From NCBI RefSeq assembly GCF_006345805.1, contig NW_021833848.1:1-53655 (forward strand): DNA of 53,655 bases. Direction: 5' to 3'. Below the pieces are notes generated by a model. It saw only the letters and a program-made list of their open reading frames with translations. It had not been told where the DNA came from and searched no databases. The position numbers and the translations under genes were made by a program. Positions 12,592 to 24,620 of the stretch are shown piece after piece. The DNA comes from Octopus sinensis (taxonomy: Eukaryota). Position 1 is the first letter of the stretch. Each line of letters opens with the position of its first letter.

Positions 12592-12629
12592 CAGTACCGG
12601 TTTCAGTCATTTTGAGACCTTTTCAACTG
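12592..12629 (-). ncRNA. Decayed minimal type I hammerhead ribozyme motif (Penelope-like)
   Basis: Minus strand CAG TTGAAAA GGTC TCAAAAT GACT GAAA CCGG TA CTG: helix I CAG/CTG, helix II GGTC/GACT, palindromic ACCGGT helix III, GUA triplet. The CUGANGA core carries two substitutions. Confidence 0.55.
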
Positions 12630-13392
12630 TAACGATTAAATAATTAAATTTAGAAAAATTAAAAGAAATGTTTTTTTAAAGGAATATTTGTATAGTGTTC
12701 AAATATAAGTGGCATTTTCTTTGTGTCTACCTTGCATTGTCTCTCTTGTTCACACTTGTGAACATATATAAATAGAAGCATTATTATTCCCAAATATCTC
12801 GAGAGGCATTCATTAACAATACTCTAAGGTAAAAACTATTTGCCAACATAATGTTGCAGTCCCAGCTGAGATGAATGTTACTGTTATTTAACCCCAGGAA
12901 ACATTGTCTCCAGCTGGCTATACGGGCACACTATCAGTGTCCTTATATTTTCGAACAGGGGAGTTTAACATCCCCACCCAGCACAAAGCAATAATCCAGA
13001 CACGGAAATCAGCAGCAGTGGCTAAGATTGCAATTTATTCACATGTAACTATATATACACACGTATGTGTATAAATAAACGAAGGCATATTATACATGTA
13101 TAGACATTAACTTGTATTCATTTAACCATAAGGAACAAGAACAAGCCTCCAATCCAAATTCTATTGGGTCAGGGTTAAGGTTAACCATATCTATGTATAC
13201 AAAATGATAGAACTAGTTATTCAGTTAGTTAATTAGTTCACAGTTTGGTGCTGGTGTTCGGCTGAAGAATTGCAAAGCACTTTTACAGAAATCAGTGAAA
13301 TTTTATGCTCTTTCCTGGCACCAGAATAACAGCCTTAAGGAGAGGAAGTGATTTATGTTTTGACTAAATCACCATCCTCCACAGCATTAATA

Positions 13393-13423
<31 letters not shown>

Positions 13424-13554
13424 TATTATTATTGTTGTTGCTGTTTCCACATGAATGTGTGGGACAAGTAGGTGAGCAAGTCTATCAAATTTGATCCAAT
13501 TATCCAACATGTAATAGATTTATAATCACTGTCTTTTACCTTCTATATATCTAT

Positions 13555-13589
13555 CCATCTGTCTGCCTATCATTCTATCTATCTATCAT

Positions 13590-13656
<67 letters not shown>

Positions 13657-13670
13657 GTCTATCTATCTAT
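13555..13670. repeat. (TATC)n tract
   Basis: Direct reading. Confidence 0.95.
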
Positions 13671-14111
13671 CTCGCTGTCCACTGACTTCCCAGTCTATCT
13701 TTGTCTTTATCTACCTCTCTCTCTCTGTTTCTCTCTCACCCTACAAAGACATATGCAAACACACACACACAAATCATATATATATCTATCTATCTATATA
13801 TATATATATATAGTGTAATAAATAAAATATATGCATACATACAAACATATATGTACGTACCGACATCTACATGTATATATACATGCATATATAAATATAT
13901 ATATATACATGTATATAGGCACACGCAAACATGTTCAAATACCTCATAGCTCTGTACACAATTCAAAGGAGAGATGGGTTATCTCAACAAACAGGATAAT
14001 TTACAAAGAATAACTTGTATTACAGAACACGGTGGGTGTTGGGTGGTCGAAGTGGGAGGCTGTTGGGTTGTTAGTCACATTGATGTGGCTATGGCTGCCT
14101 ATCTCTGCTCT

Positions 14112-14217
14112 CTATATATCAGTTACACACACATACACAAATGCATATAGACAAGCATATCCGTATATATATGCACACACAGGCACATATATATAAACAT
14201 ACATATATATACATAGA

Positions 14218-14262
<45 letters not shown>

Positions 14263-14690
14263 GTACATATATGTACATATATATACACACCTATATATAC
14301 ATATACATACATATATATATATATATACATATTTATATATATGTACATACATATGTACATACATACATACATATATATATATACATATTTATATATATGT
14401 ACATATGTATACATACGTATGCAAATACACGTACACACACACATTTTTATACACATATATACTGCTTATAATGTAATCCATCATCAAAATATCTTAGTCA
14501 TTAATCTATATGAATGTGTGCTTAAATATACAAATGGACCATATATATATATATAATATATACATATTTATATATATGTACATACATATGTACATACATA
14601 TGTACATACATACATACATACATATATATACATAGATGCATATATATATATATACGTACATATATACGCATGTATATGTTTACATGTATA
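14112..14690. repeat. (TA)/(TACA)n complex with internal block duplication
   Basis: CATAGATGCATATATATA..TACGTACATATA occurs at about 14210 and 14630. Confidence 0.9.
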
Positions 14691-15255
14691 AATCTGCACT
14701 TACAATCACACACATATATACATACGTACATACGGACACGCGAGGTTCATTTGTATGTACGCACATGCTCATACTCCCCGCGTACACACCCATATCTAAC
14801 GCGCGCACCTATGTGTAAATACAGACAATATATACAGTCAAATGTACTTGTATATGTACACTCACACACACAAACACAAATATACGCTGTATATGTTGAT
14901 ATTTTAAACATTGTCCATAGCATCAGCAGAACACGATATCTAGGCATGGACATGTGTGTGTGTATACGAACGCAAGGAGTAAAGTGTTTTGATTGTCCGC
15001 TTGTTTTGCTATTATATACACTGTATACACACTGCTCTATATACACTGATCTGCCATCAGGCTGTGTGTGACATTTGCTCTGGATTTCTTTGCATTATGG
15101 TTCGCTGATCTTTATTTTAATATCTGAGTTCCAACAATTTGCTGCAGTTCAGAGCATGTTGTTACATACACGTGTATGAGTGTGTGTGTGTATTTACACA
15201 CATATTCATATATGTATATACTTGTATATATATAAGGAGAGAGAGAGAGAGAGAG

Positions 15256-15296
<41 letters not shown>

Positions 15297-15302
15297 TATA
15301 TA

Positions 15303-15585
15303 TTTTTCTACTCTAGGCATAAGGCCCGAAATCTTTGGGGAAGTGGGACTAGTCAATTAGAAAGACCTCAGTACGTAACTGGTGCTTAGTTTATCGACCC
15401 CGAAAAGATGAACCTCGGGGGAATTTGAACTCAGAACATAAAGACAGACGAAATACCTATTTCTTTACTACCCACAAGGGGCTAAACACAGAGGGGACAA
15501 ACAAGGACAGGACAGACAAACGGATTAAGTCGATTATATCGGCCCCGGTGCATAACTGGTAGTTATTTAATCGACCCCGAAAATA
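15303..15585 (-). mobile_element. Family A SINE, headless dimer (core-tailX-core-tailY)
   Basis: Minus strand contains TTTTCGGGGTCGAT..AAGCACCAGTTACG cores, tail X TTAATCCGTTTGTCTGTCC...GTGGGTAGTAAAGAAATAGGTATTTCGTCTG and tail Y TTTCGGGCCTTATGCCTAGAGTAGAAAAA. Confidence 0.85.
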
Positions 15586-15589
15586 CCTT

Positions 15590-15920
15590 AAGCTAAACCT
15601 GAAAGCAATGAAGTCATAAAAGAATCATCCATAACTTGCAGTAAGCAACATTTATTAAACGTTATTACTGTTATTTCTTTATTTTCTGCAAACAAAATGC
15701 ACAAAAAAGCTACACGTTTGCATGATGTTATGTATGCAATAATAATAAAGGACGTTACCTTATACATTTTTACAAACCAAGGACGTTATATAGCCTTCCT
15801 TGACTCAAGTTACAGAAGTGGTGCGTATTATACACAAGGTTTAGGTTTTTCAGAGGTACAGCCCCTTAAAAATCCCCTGCGTTATACTCAAGGGCGGACT
15901 ATACTCGAGGATTTACGGTA
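15590..15920. mobile_element. Terminal fragment of a Tc1/pogo-like non-autonomous DNA transposon
   Basis: Minus strand begins TA|CCGTAAATCCTCGAGTATAGTCCGCCCTTGAGTATAACGC, a TA-flanked end with internal repeat resembling pogo/Tigger-type TIRs. The other end is not seen. Confidence 0.5.
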
Positions 15921-16308
15921 TACGTAAATATCGAACGATGAAAATTAGTGCTCAATATATACAAATATGTTATCTTGCTTAGAAACTGGTGTGAGTTTGG
16001 CAGCTAAAACGGCATCCAGCTATAGAAACTCTGCTTCTACAAATTCCCTGGGACTAGTGCAAGCAAAGAAAAGTGGACGTTATATGATGATGATGTCTCT
16101 AAGACATTTGTATGTGTAGCAGCAGCAACAGCAGCCGTCCAAGAATTTGGACCTAGAGATCTCCATTTCCAGAGACTTCGAGGGTCACCGCCCAGTGGTG
16201 TCGGGCGTCAACGAAGAGCCGACCAAAGTATTTTTTTCCCAAGGTCTGGGGTCTCCCGCCCCTAAGCCCTAGACCATCACCTAATCACCCTTACCCGTCT
16301 TGTCCCTT

Positions 16309-16375
<67 letters not shown>

Positions 16376-17414
16376 AGAACATCAGTTCTATGCCAGACAT
16401 GCTAGTAATATCCCAACACTTTAAAATTTTGTACTGAGTCAGCAACTGAACAGAAATGAAGTATTTTAAGGTCCTGAAGTATCTGAACAACATGGGCCAC
16501 ATTTGAGCTTTAAACGTAGACAGTAGCTGGTTAGGCTCTGAAGAGTTCCAGATTGGACTGCATTTCACATTTGGATTATTTTTTTTGTTTTTCTTTTGCT
16601 ATTGAGAAAAAAATCCTTGTCTCTGGGATGCAGTTTTGATAATAAGGTCACTGGGAAATTGTTCACTGAGGAGGGCAAATAATACTGAAATAACTGGGGA
16701 TGTTGTAGTGTTTGTCATAGGAAGGGGAGGGCTGAGGAACTAGGATTCCTCACCCATATTATTGGGGTTCTGTAAGGAAAAAAACACAGAATGGAAGGGA
16801 TTTCAAAGGATTGCCATTTGGGGAGAGAAGGTCAAGAACAAATTTGGCTTCTAAGCGGTGTCCATCTGGAAAGGACAGGACAAAGGGATTTCCATAGGGT
16901 GGCCATCTGGAGAGGAAAAGAATAAGGATGGTCATCTTGACATGAAGAACAAGTGTACCTGCTGTCATCTCTGATTAAGAACTATAAATAGAAGGCTTTG
17001 CTAACATGACCATCTCAGTTTTGTGCACCTAATTCTAAGCTAATTTGTGTTTTTTGTTTAACATGTGATTTTTGAGAGATTTGACTGTTATTTCTAGTAG
17101 AAGGGTAACTGCACGAAGGTTTTCATGATGGCCGATTTGTGTGTCTTTTTGTGAATGGTCGAGTATATATGTGAACGTAGCTGCGTGTACAATCAACTGT
17201 GTGTATGCGTATGTATGTATGTATACAGGCACCTACGTAGTTGCCTATATGGGACTAAGAATGTGTGTGTATGTGTGTGTGACCTTATTCTCTTGCGTGG
17301 AATACCTTGAGTTTGCTTTTGGCCGGTGACTGAAACACCAGCAGCTCCCTCTACCTTATATGCGTCTGTCTGTGTGTCCTGTTCTGCGTACGGATATGTG
17401 TGTATATGTGTGTG

Positions 17415-17446
<32 letters not shown>

Positions 17447-19264
17447 AATGTATGTATTTGTGAATGTGTGTGTGTGTGAGTTCAGTGAGCTAAGTTTACC
17501 AGTATGTGTGTACCTGTAGTATCTACCTATTTACCCATCTATCTACATACCAGCCTATCTAAATAGACGTCTATTATAAGTCTGTATACACACACACACA
17601 CACATATACACACACGACTTGACCTATGAGGAGAGTATGTGTCAAAACATTTTGGTTCGTCTGTGTGTGTGTGTGAGTATGTGTGTGTCTGTTGTGTGTA
17701 CGCATGTTGTGTGTATGTATGAGTGTTGTGTGTTTGTGTGTCTGAGTGAGCATGTGTTATATGTGTGTGTGTCTATGAGTGTGTGTGTCTGTGAGTGAGT
17801 GTGAGAAAGAGACGAGAGAGAGAGAGAGAGACAGACAGAGAGAGAAATTGTCTACATATGTGTCAATCAGTGTGTACATGGGCACCTCTATGACAGTGTG
17901 TATGTGCGTGTGTGTGTACTGTGTGTGTATGTGTATACTTATTAAAATGGTGTTACACCTTGTGGCCGGTGGAAGGAGAAAGAAACGGGAAGAGAGAATA
18001 CAGAGAGAAAGGAAAAGAGGAGAGACGTTAAAAAAGGAGAAAGAAATGGTTGTGGAAAGGGACATAGAGGAGGAAAGAGGGGGAGTGGCAGGAAAGAAGT
18101 AGAGAGAAGTAGGGAGAATTACGGAGACAGAGAGAGAGAGAGAGAAGTGCTAGAATGAATGAAAAGAGAGAGAGAGAGAAGTGCTAGAATGAATGAAAAG
18201 AGAGAGAGAGAAAGTGAGCAGGAAACAGAAAAAGAAAGAGGTGGAGAGCGATAGAGAGGAATAGAAAGAGGGAGAGAGATAGAGAGGAATGGAAAGAGGG
18301 AGAGAGATAGAGAGTGTAGGAGAGGGAAAAGACTCGCACAGCGCGCGCGTTAGGACGCTGGCACACACACACACACACACTTATAGCAACGTTCACATAC
18401 GCACACACATTCATAAACATATTGAACGTAGTATTCACGTATACACGCCACAGACCAACCCATCAAGAAAGCTTCCATGCAGTTACCAACCAAAATACTA
18501 GAAATAGCTGCCAAATTTCCCTAAAAAATAATCGAATGTTAAAAAGAGAAAAAAAATAAGCAAACAAAACAAAAAACACAGAAGGGGTACATTAGACAAA
18601 TTAGCTTAGTTCTAAGATGCACTAAGCTTATAGGATGGTCATGTCTGGAACGCCATTCATTTTACGGTCCTCCTCAAACGGTAACTATGTGTGAGAGAGA
18701 GAGAATAAATTTATAGACACACACTATCTGTCTGTCTCTCTCTTTCACTCTCACTCTGTCTGTCTGTCTCTCTTTCACTCTCTCTCTCTCTCTGTATATA
18801 TATATGTGTGTGTGTGGGGGGGAGGGAGAGAGGCGCAATGAGGCTCAGACAGAAAGAGAGGGAGGAAGAGACGGACAGAGAGAGAGAGAGAGACATACAA
18901 CACATACAGACGGACGGACGGACAGACAGACAGAGAGAAGCGGGATGGTAAAAGTCTGAAGTAGGTCAACTGTGGGTGGTTTATAGCTCAGCGCCCTTTT
19001 CTGACATCCCTTCTCTTCTCTCCGTGTCTCTTCTGTCTACCCCTTACTCTCCTTCCACAATACAATTAACTCGTTCCTTTTTTCTTTCTTTTTTCTTTTT
19101 TTTTTTCTTTTTTTTTTTACCTTGCACCCACACTTACACACACACACCTAGAGCATGTAGGTGGACATACATACACACACACACACACACACTCACATAG
19201 AACCATGCATAAATCCAATATGTGTACGTTGGTCACAATACACACGTCTGCGAGTACACCGGAG

Positions 19265-19299
<35 letters not shown>

Positions 19300-20084
19300 G
19301 TAGTTAAACACAGGCACATACACGCACAGATTTGTCTTCAGTAGGAACGTGGACACATGCTGACATACACAGTTGTACGTTATTCAGCCTTCTCACTCAG
19401 CATGTATGTGAACAACGTTTAATTATACACACACACTCACAGACCAGGTCACACATACACACAGAAATGTGCAAAACACACACGTATACAGAGAGAGAGA
19501 GATCTGTACTTACATCTCTAACATATGAGAAAAGACCTATAAAACCAGCACATTTTATGGCCCATAGTGAAAGTGTTCATGTGTGTGTGTATGACTGGAT
19601 AGGTAAGTAGGTAGCTAGACAGATAGCTAAATACGTGGCTGTACATATATACGTATATACACATGCTTATGTATTACATTAAAATACGTGATTCGGGACA
19701 CAGGGTCATATGTTTCACTCAACAAGATCTTTTCAAACGAAACGCATTTTCATTTCGTTTGGAAAGATCGTATACAGAGAAACGTCTGACCATCTTTGAA
19801 GCATTACATTTATTCTAAAGCTAAGCATAATATCATTATTGATACCTAACACTGCTTTTTAAGTCCTAATTTAGAGTGGTTTTCAGTCTATATCTAATTT
19901 TTTACAAAAAAACCCCACCTTTTATCAATTCAATAATGAAAAATTAAATTACACCATCTAGAAAATTACATATAGAAAGATTAAATATAAGATAAAACAT
20001 ATAACGATGATTAAGTAATGTGCAAAATTTTTCCCTGTAAGTTTGGAATAATATTCCCTCATATTATATATATATAATTAGTAT

Positions 20085-20240
20085 TTAAAAAAACGGAGAA
20101 AAAGACAAGAAGAAAAAAACAACAACAACGCGAGGACGTTGTACAGGCAAAGTATTAAGAAGACGCCCAGAGAAGGCAAGAAAGAGTGGTTGTTTTATGT
20201 TTCGAGCAAAGCTCTTCTTCGGAAACAGGAGACATAGGAA
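20085..20240 (-). mobile_element. Short non-autonomous element carrying a hammerhead motif, homologous to 30383-30557
   Basis: Minus strand CCTTTTCCTATGTCTCCTGTTTCCGAAGAAGAGCTTTGCTCGAAACATAAAAC...GGGCGTC...ACGTCCTCGCGTTGTTGT matches CCTTTTCCTATGTTTCCGACGAAGAGCTCCGCTCGAAACGTTAAAC...GAGCGTC...ACGTCCTCGCGTTGTTGT at 30443-30547. Confidence 0.8.
20192..20226 (-). ncRNA. Minimal type I hammerhead motif, C4 variant
   Basis: GTTT CCGAAGA A GAGC TTT GCTC GAAA CAT A AAAC; helix I GTTT/AAAC, helix II GAGC/GCTC; helix III ACGT changed to ACAT. Confidence 0.65.
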
Positions 20241-20569
20241 AAGGTGGGGACATCCTGTACTGTGGCTGCAGTCATCAAAAAATTCAGTCATGCGAAAAAA
20301 AGAAAAGAGTAAAAATTATCGGACAGTCAAGCTGACTTCGATTTAACCGACTTTCTATATTAATGAATACGGCTTCCCACTATTTAGTCCGTTATATCGA
20401 GGGTTCAACAGTGAAGTGTTTGATTGACATGCTAAGAATTCTCAGTTCGTAGATAGGTTCTGCTTTTTTGGGGGAAAGTAAGCAAAGTACTTGCGGTTAT
20501 TGTTAGCGACGCTCAAGGAGAAGGGGAGATAATTTCATAAATGAATTAAGAATTTCCTAATTTCGTATA

Positions 20570-20985
20570 GGCGCAGGTATGGCTGTGTGGTTAAGAAGCT
20601 AATTTTTTTTCGTTTTTCAACCACATGGTTTTGAGTTCAGTCCCACTGTGCCTCACTTTGGACAAGTGCCTTCTACTATTACTTCGGGCCAACCAATCAC
20701 TTGTATATGAATTTGGTGGAGAGAAATTTTAAGGAAGTCCGTATATTCATATATATGGATGTGTAGGGTTGTCACACATTTCTCCACTGCTTCGCAATCG
20801 GTGTTGGTTTGTTTAGATACCCGTGACTTAGCGGTCCCACAAAAAAAACTGATAGAATATGTATCCCTCTTTGAAAAAACAAAAAACAAAAAATCATAAG
20901 TTCTAGGTTTGATCTGTTCCACTAAAACCCTTCAAGGCGGTGCCCCCAGAATAACCGTAGCCCAATGACGGAAACAACTAAAAAA
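20570..20985 (+). mobile_element. Full-length decayed family B SINE (tRNA-like head, CORE-like TTGGGCAAGTG box, long tail)
   Basis: GGCGCAGGTATGGCTGTGTGGTTAAG...GAGTTCAGTCCCACTG...TTGGACAAGTGCCTTCTACT...GGCGGTGCCCCAG...AATGACGGAAACAAC. Confidence 0.85.
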
Positions 20986-21216
20986 AAAATAACAGGAACG
21001 ATTAATTTCGTAAGATTTTAATTTACAAGTTAATGAGGAACCCTAGTGTGTAGTTTTTAGGCCTTCAGATGGATGAGAGAATCTCCGTCGATTGTGGTTG
21101 GTTACGTATCTGCACGTGTATGCGCAGGCCCTGGTAAGATTTCTCTTCAGGAAAACCGACAGTTACCGATGCATTGCAAGCCTCCCTTTTACCATGTCAC
21201 CGATGTTCATCTAAAA

Positions 21217-21490
21217 CAGTGGTTCCCCAACTTTTTCGGGCTGCCGCCCCTTGACACCCAGGCCAGTCCTAGCTCCCCCACTCCAACTAACCAAGCGTAG
21301 ACCTCTTCCTGAAGCAAATTCAAAACAACTGTATTTCATAAATAAAACTTAACCTAATGAACCCATTTGTTGTTTTTACGTGGATCACCACTCGATTATC
21401 GCCCCAATTTTTATATGAAACACTACAACGCCCCCTTGGAACTTTCCACCGCATCCAAGGGGTCAATACCGTCCACTTTGGGAACCACTG
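21217..21490. mobile_element. hAT-type MITE, 274 bp
   Basis: TIRs CAGTGGTTCCCCAA / TTGGGAACCACTG; 8-bp TSD ATCTAAAA / ATCTCAAA (one mismatch). Confidence 0.85.
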
Positions 21491-21886
21491 ATCTCAAAAG
21501 AAGGAAAACTGGCAACTTGGCCCAAAACATCCCGTGCTCGATTTTGTGTGTGTGTATAGGTATTCAGATATATAGATAGACACACACAGAGGGAGAGGAG
21601 AGAGAACCTAAAGAGCAAGTTTTTTAACCCATTCGAGGAAAACTCTTGGGTAACGGGCTACTCGACCAGCCAAAAATATGTACGTAGTGTGTGTGAGAGG
21701 GAGAGGAGAGAGAGAGAAAGAGCATATTTGGCAGGTGGTGCTGCTAGGTTAAAAACATGGCCCGATATCAGCCGAAACCTAAGTTTATAAACACACAAAC
21801 CCCATATTCGCACATACGTACATATTCTTAGATATATATATATAAGAATGCGTATTTGGGGTTTGTGTGTTTATATATATATAAAC

Positions 21887-21922
<36 letters not shown>

Positions 21923-22730
21923 GTTTGCATGTGTGTATATACACATGTATATATGCATGTGTGTGTATACACACACATATATATACATATATATTATACA
22001 TATGTTGTCAACCGGCAGTTACACTGTGCAATGATAACAATAACAACAATTATTGAACAAGAGAGGGCAACCATGGGACACAGACAGGCGGTGGAGGAGG
22101 AGGAGGAGGAGATAAGGCAGACAGGCGGAGGTGGAGGTAGGAAGTAACGGGGGAGGAGGAATGTTAGGCCTGACTACAAGTAGCGGAGGCAGTGGTGATG
22201 GTGGTGGTGGTGATAGAAATGGCGAGCGGAGATCGTTGTAATGAGGGTGACGACGGCGGGGAAGACAGAGGCGGTAGTGGTGGTGGTGGAGGTGGAGAGT
22301 GGCGGTTGTGCGGTGTTTATAATAATGGTGATGATGATGATGCTAATGTGCATGATTGGTGAGGGAGTAGTGTTGGAGGTGGTGATGCTAGCCGTGTGGT
22401 TGGTTATAGAAGTTAAGGGGGGGAATGGTAGACTTAACTAGTACTTATAATACAGGTGGTGGTGGGTGGTAGTTGTAGTAGTAGTAGTAGTAGTAGTAGT
22501 AGAGGGATATAGCGGAGGCGGAGATGGTGTCGATAGGGTAATGGTGACAGTAAGTGAGAGTAGTAAGTTATACGGGAGGCCAAAGCGCCAGACCCCATTA
22601 TATATATATATAAAGCATCTAACAGCAGAGTCTAGACCAGACAAAAATACGATATGGACATCGTGGTTACTTGTTTATATAACAGACATATATGTAGTTT
22701 AGTGGTAGTAATGATGGTGGCGGTGGGAAC

Positions 22731-23211
22731 GTAGTAACCGCCGCCCGTTAAAATCGGGAATCGGGTCCTGGTTGAAACTTGGAAGTTTATAAGCTTTGGC
22801 GCTGGTTGGAACATTACGCTAATGGATCATATGATGTAATGAGCAAAAAGGACGGTACTGAGTTGTTAAACGTTTAAGCCAAATTTTCTCAAAACAACTT
22901 GTCCGACCGTCCCATAGGCCTCCCCTTGGGGAAACACTGATTTAACCTAAATTTGAGACACCAGCAAAAGAAGAAATAAAGATAGACTTTTTTTCTATTC
23001 CAAAGAAAAACGATTTCCCTCGGCTTTATCCATTGCATTCTCACCTGGAACCGATTTAAAAAATTTTTTCAAGACTTATACACGTCCTGATACCGTCGGT
23101 ATCTACATATATAATTTGAGCGCAATCGGATGGAGGATGCCCGAGATCCTAGAAGACACACACACACACACACATACACACAGACAGACAGAACAGATTT
23201 TATGTAAGAGA
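22731..23211 (-). mobile_element. Non-autonomous Helitron-like element, copy 1
   Basis: Minus strand begins A|TCTCTTACATAAAATCTGTTCTGTCTG and ends CCCGATTTTAACGGG hairpin then CGGCGGTTACTAC (degenerate CTRR). Homologous to 28662-29036. Confidence 0.6.
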
Positions 23212-23238
23212 TAACTCTAATATTGTCTTTATCTCTAA

Positions 23239-23465
23239 GGCGGCGAGCTGGCATTATTGTTGATACGCTGGCCAATATACTAAGCGCCATGTCGTCTGGC
23301 TTAACTTTCTCAGTCCAAAATTCGCAGAAGTCGACTTCACCTTTCATCTTTTCGGGGTTGATAAAATAAGTATCAGTTGAACACTGGGGTTGATGTAATC
23401 GACTTAAAACCCCCATCCGCTCCTCCGAATTTAGTGGCCTTGAGCCAAAATTTGAAATCAATATT
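23239..23465 (+). mobile_element. Decayed family A SINE
   Basis: GGCGGCGAGCTGGC head and GTCGACTTCACCTTTCATCTTTTCGGGGTTGATAAAATAAGTATCAGTT core. Confidence 0.85.
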
Positions 23466-23524
23466 GTTTTTATCTATAGCCCTCACTTCTAGTTCCATTC
23501 ACGTCTGAGACGTATCATAATAAT

Positions 23525-23877
23525 TGTTTCAAATTTTGGAACAAGACCAGTAATTTTAGGTGAAGCACAAAGATCGACCGGTACTTCATGATATCGACCC
23601 CAAACGGATGAATGTCAAAAGCTGGCCTCGGCCGAATTTCAACTCAGAATTTAATAAATCGGAAATAATGGCTTCAAATTTTGGCACAACACCGGTTATA
23701 ATTTTTATTAGGTGTTGAGGGTTAAGTATACATCGACTTTTATCTTATCGACCCACGAAAGGATGAAAGGCAAGCAAAGTCGACTTGGTGGAATTTCAAC
23801 TCAGACGGTAAAGAACCGGAAGAAATGCCCCCAAATACTTTATCCGGCGCGCTAACGATTCTGCCAACTCGCCGCTT
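23525..23877 (-). mobile_element. Two tandem decayed family A SINEs
   Basis: Two reverse-complement cores (ATCGACCCCAAACGGATGAA, ATCGACCCACGAAAGGATGAAAGGC) and head GATTCTGCCAACTCGCCGC. Confidence 0.8.
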
Positions 23878-24386
23878 TGACACTTCATAGGGATATTAAA
23901 TCCATCCCAAGTATTTGACTAGTACTATCTATGACCGCCCCTGGAATAGAATAAAGGCTAAGTTAGTTTACGTTTCATTCATGTCAAGAATGCCTTATAA
24001 ATTATTTCTTGGGAACGGACAACACCCGCTCCTTAGAAGTGTCTGAGATCATTGTAAAAAAGTTTGGGCAAACTGCTTCGTCGAAGACCATTGCGAAGAA
24101 CGAATTCTATGAATCTAAACAGTATCTTTAATAACGAGCTGGGGAGCCAAAAATTTCACTTTTTCTTGTGAGGACGGTATTAATTAAAGAAACACTGCAA
24201 TGTTAGAATATAAAGTTGCTTCAGTATTTTACTGGTATTAAAATTCATCGACTTTAAAGGGAAAGAACTAGTATAAGTTTTTTTCTTTCTTTTATAAATT
24301 CCATTTATAACTAGGGCGTTTTATAGTTTAGAGCCCAGTAGCATGCGTACACGTGAGCATGTATATACATACAGAGACGAAGGAGG

Positions 24387-24414
<28 letters not shown>

Positions 24415-24418
<4 letters not shown>

Positions 24419-24620
24419 ATAAATGGAAATATTAAAAAATGTCCAAGGGACGTTTACGTTTAATATTCTTAGGCTAACGCTTAGAGAATGAAAAAAAGTT
24501 AAAGTATAACGTTTCAGACATAGTCTTTCGTCAGGTACTAGAAGAAAGTCCAAGAAAGACTATGAGGAGATGGAAGAAAAGAAAGAAAAAAGAAGAGAGC
24601 CAAGAAAAAACGTGTGTGAT
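24415..24620 (-). mobile_element. Short hammerhead-bearing element with the same layout as 30383-30557 (pyrimidine-rich leader, ribozyme, AGCGT..AATA..ACGTCC trailer)
   Basis: Minus strand ...CTTCTAGTACCTGACGAAAGACTATGTCTGAAACGTTATACTTTAAC...CTCTAAGCGTTAGCCTAAGAATATTAAACGTAAACGTCCC. Confidence 0.6.
24503..24539 (-). ncRNA. Minimal type I hammerhead motif with canonical CUGACGA/GAAA core
   Basis: AGTA C CTGACGA A AGAC TAT GTCT GAAA CG T T A TACT; helix II AGAC/GTCT, palindromic ACGT helix III, helix I AGTA/TACT with a C-A mismatch next to the core. Confidence 0.7.

Noticed and set aside
16250-16300. CCCTAA-like periodicity (interstitial telomere)
   Set aside because: Only one or two exact units; too degenerate.
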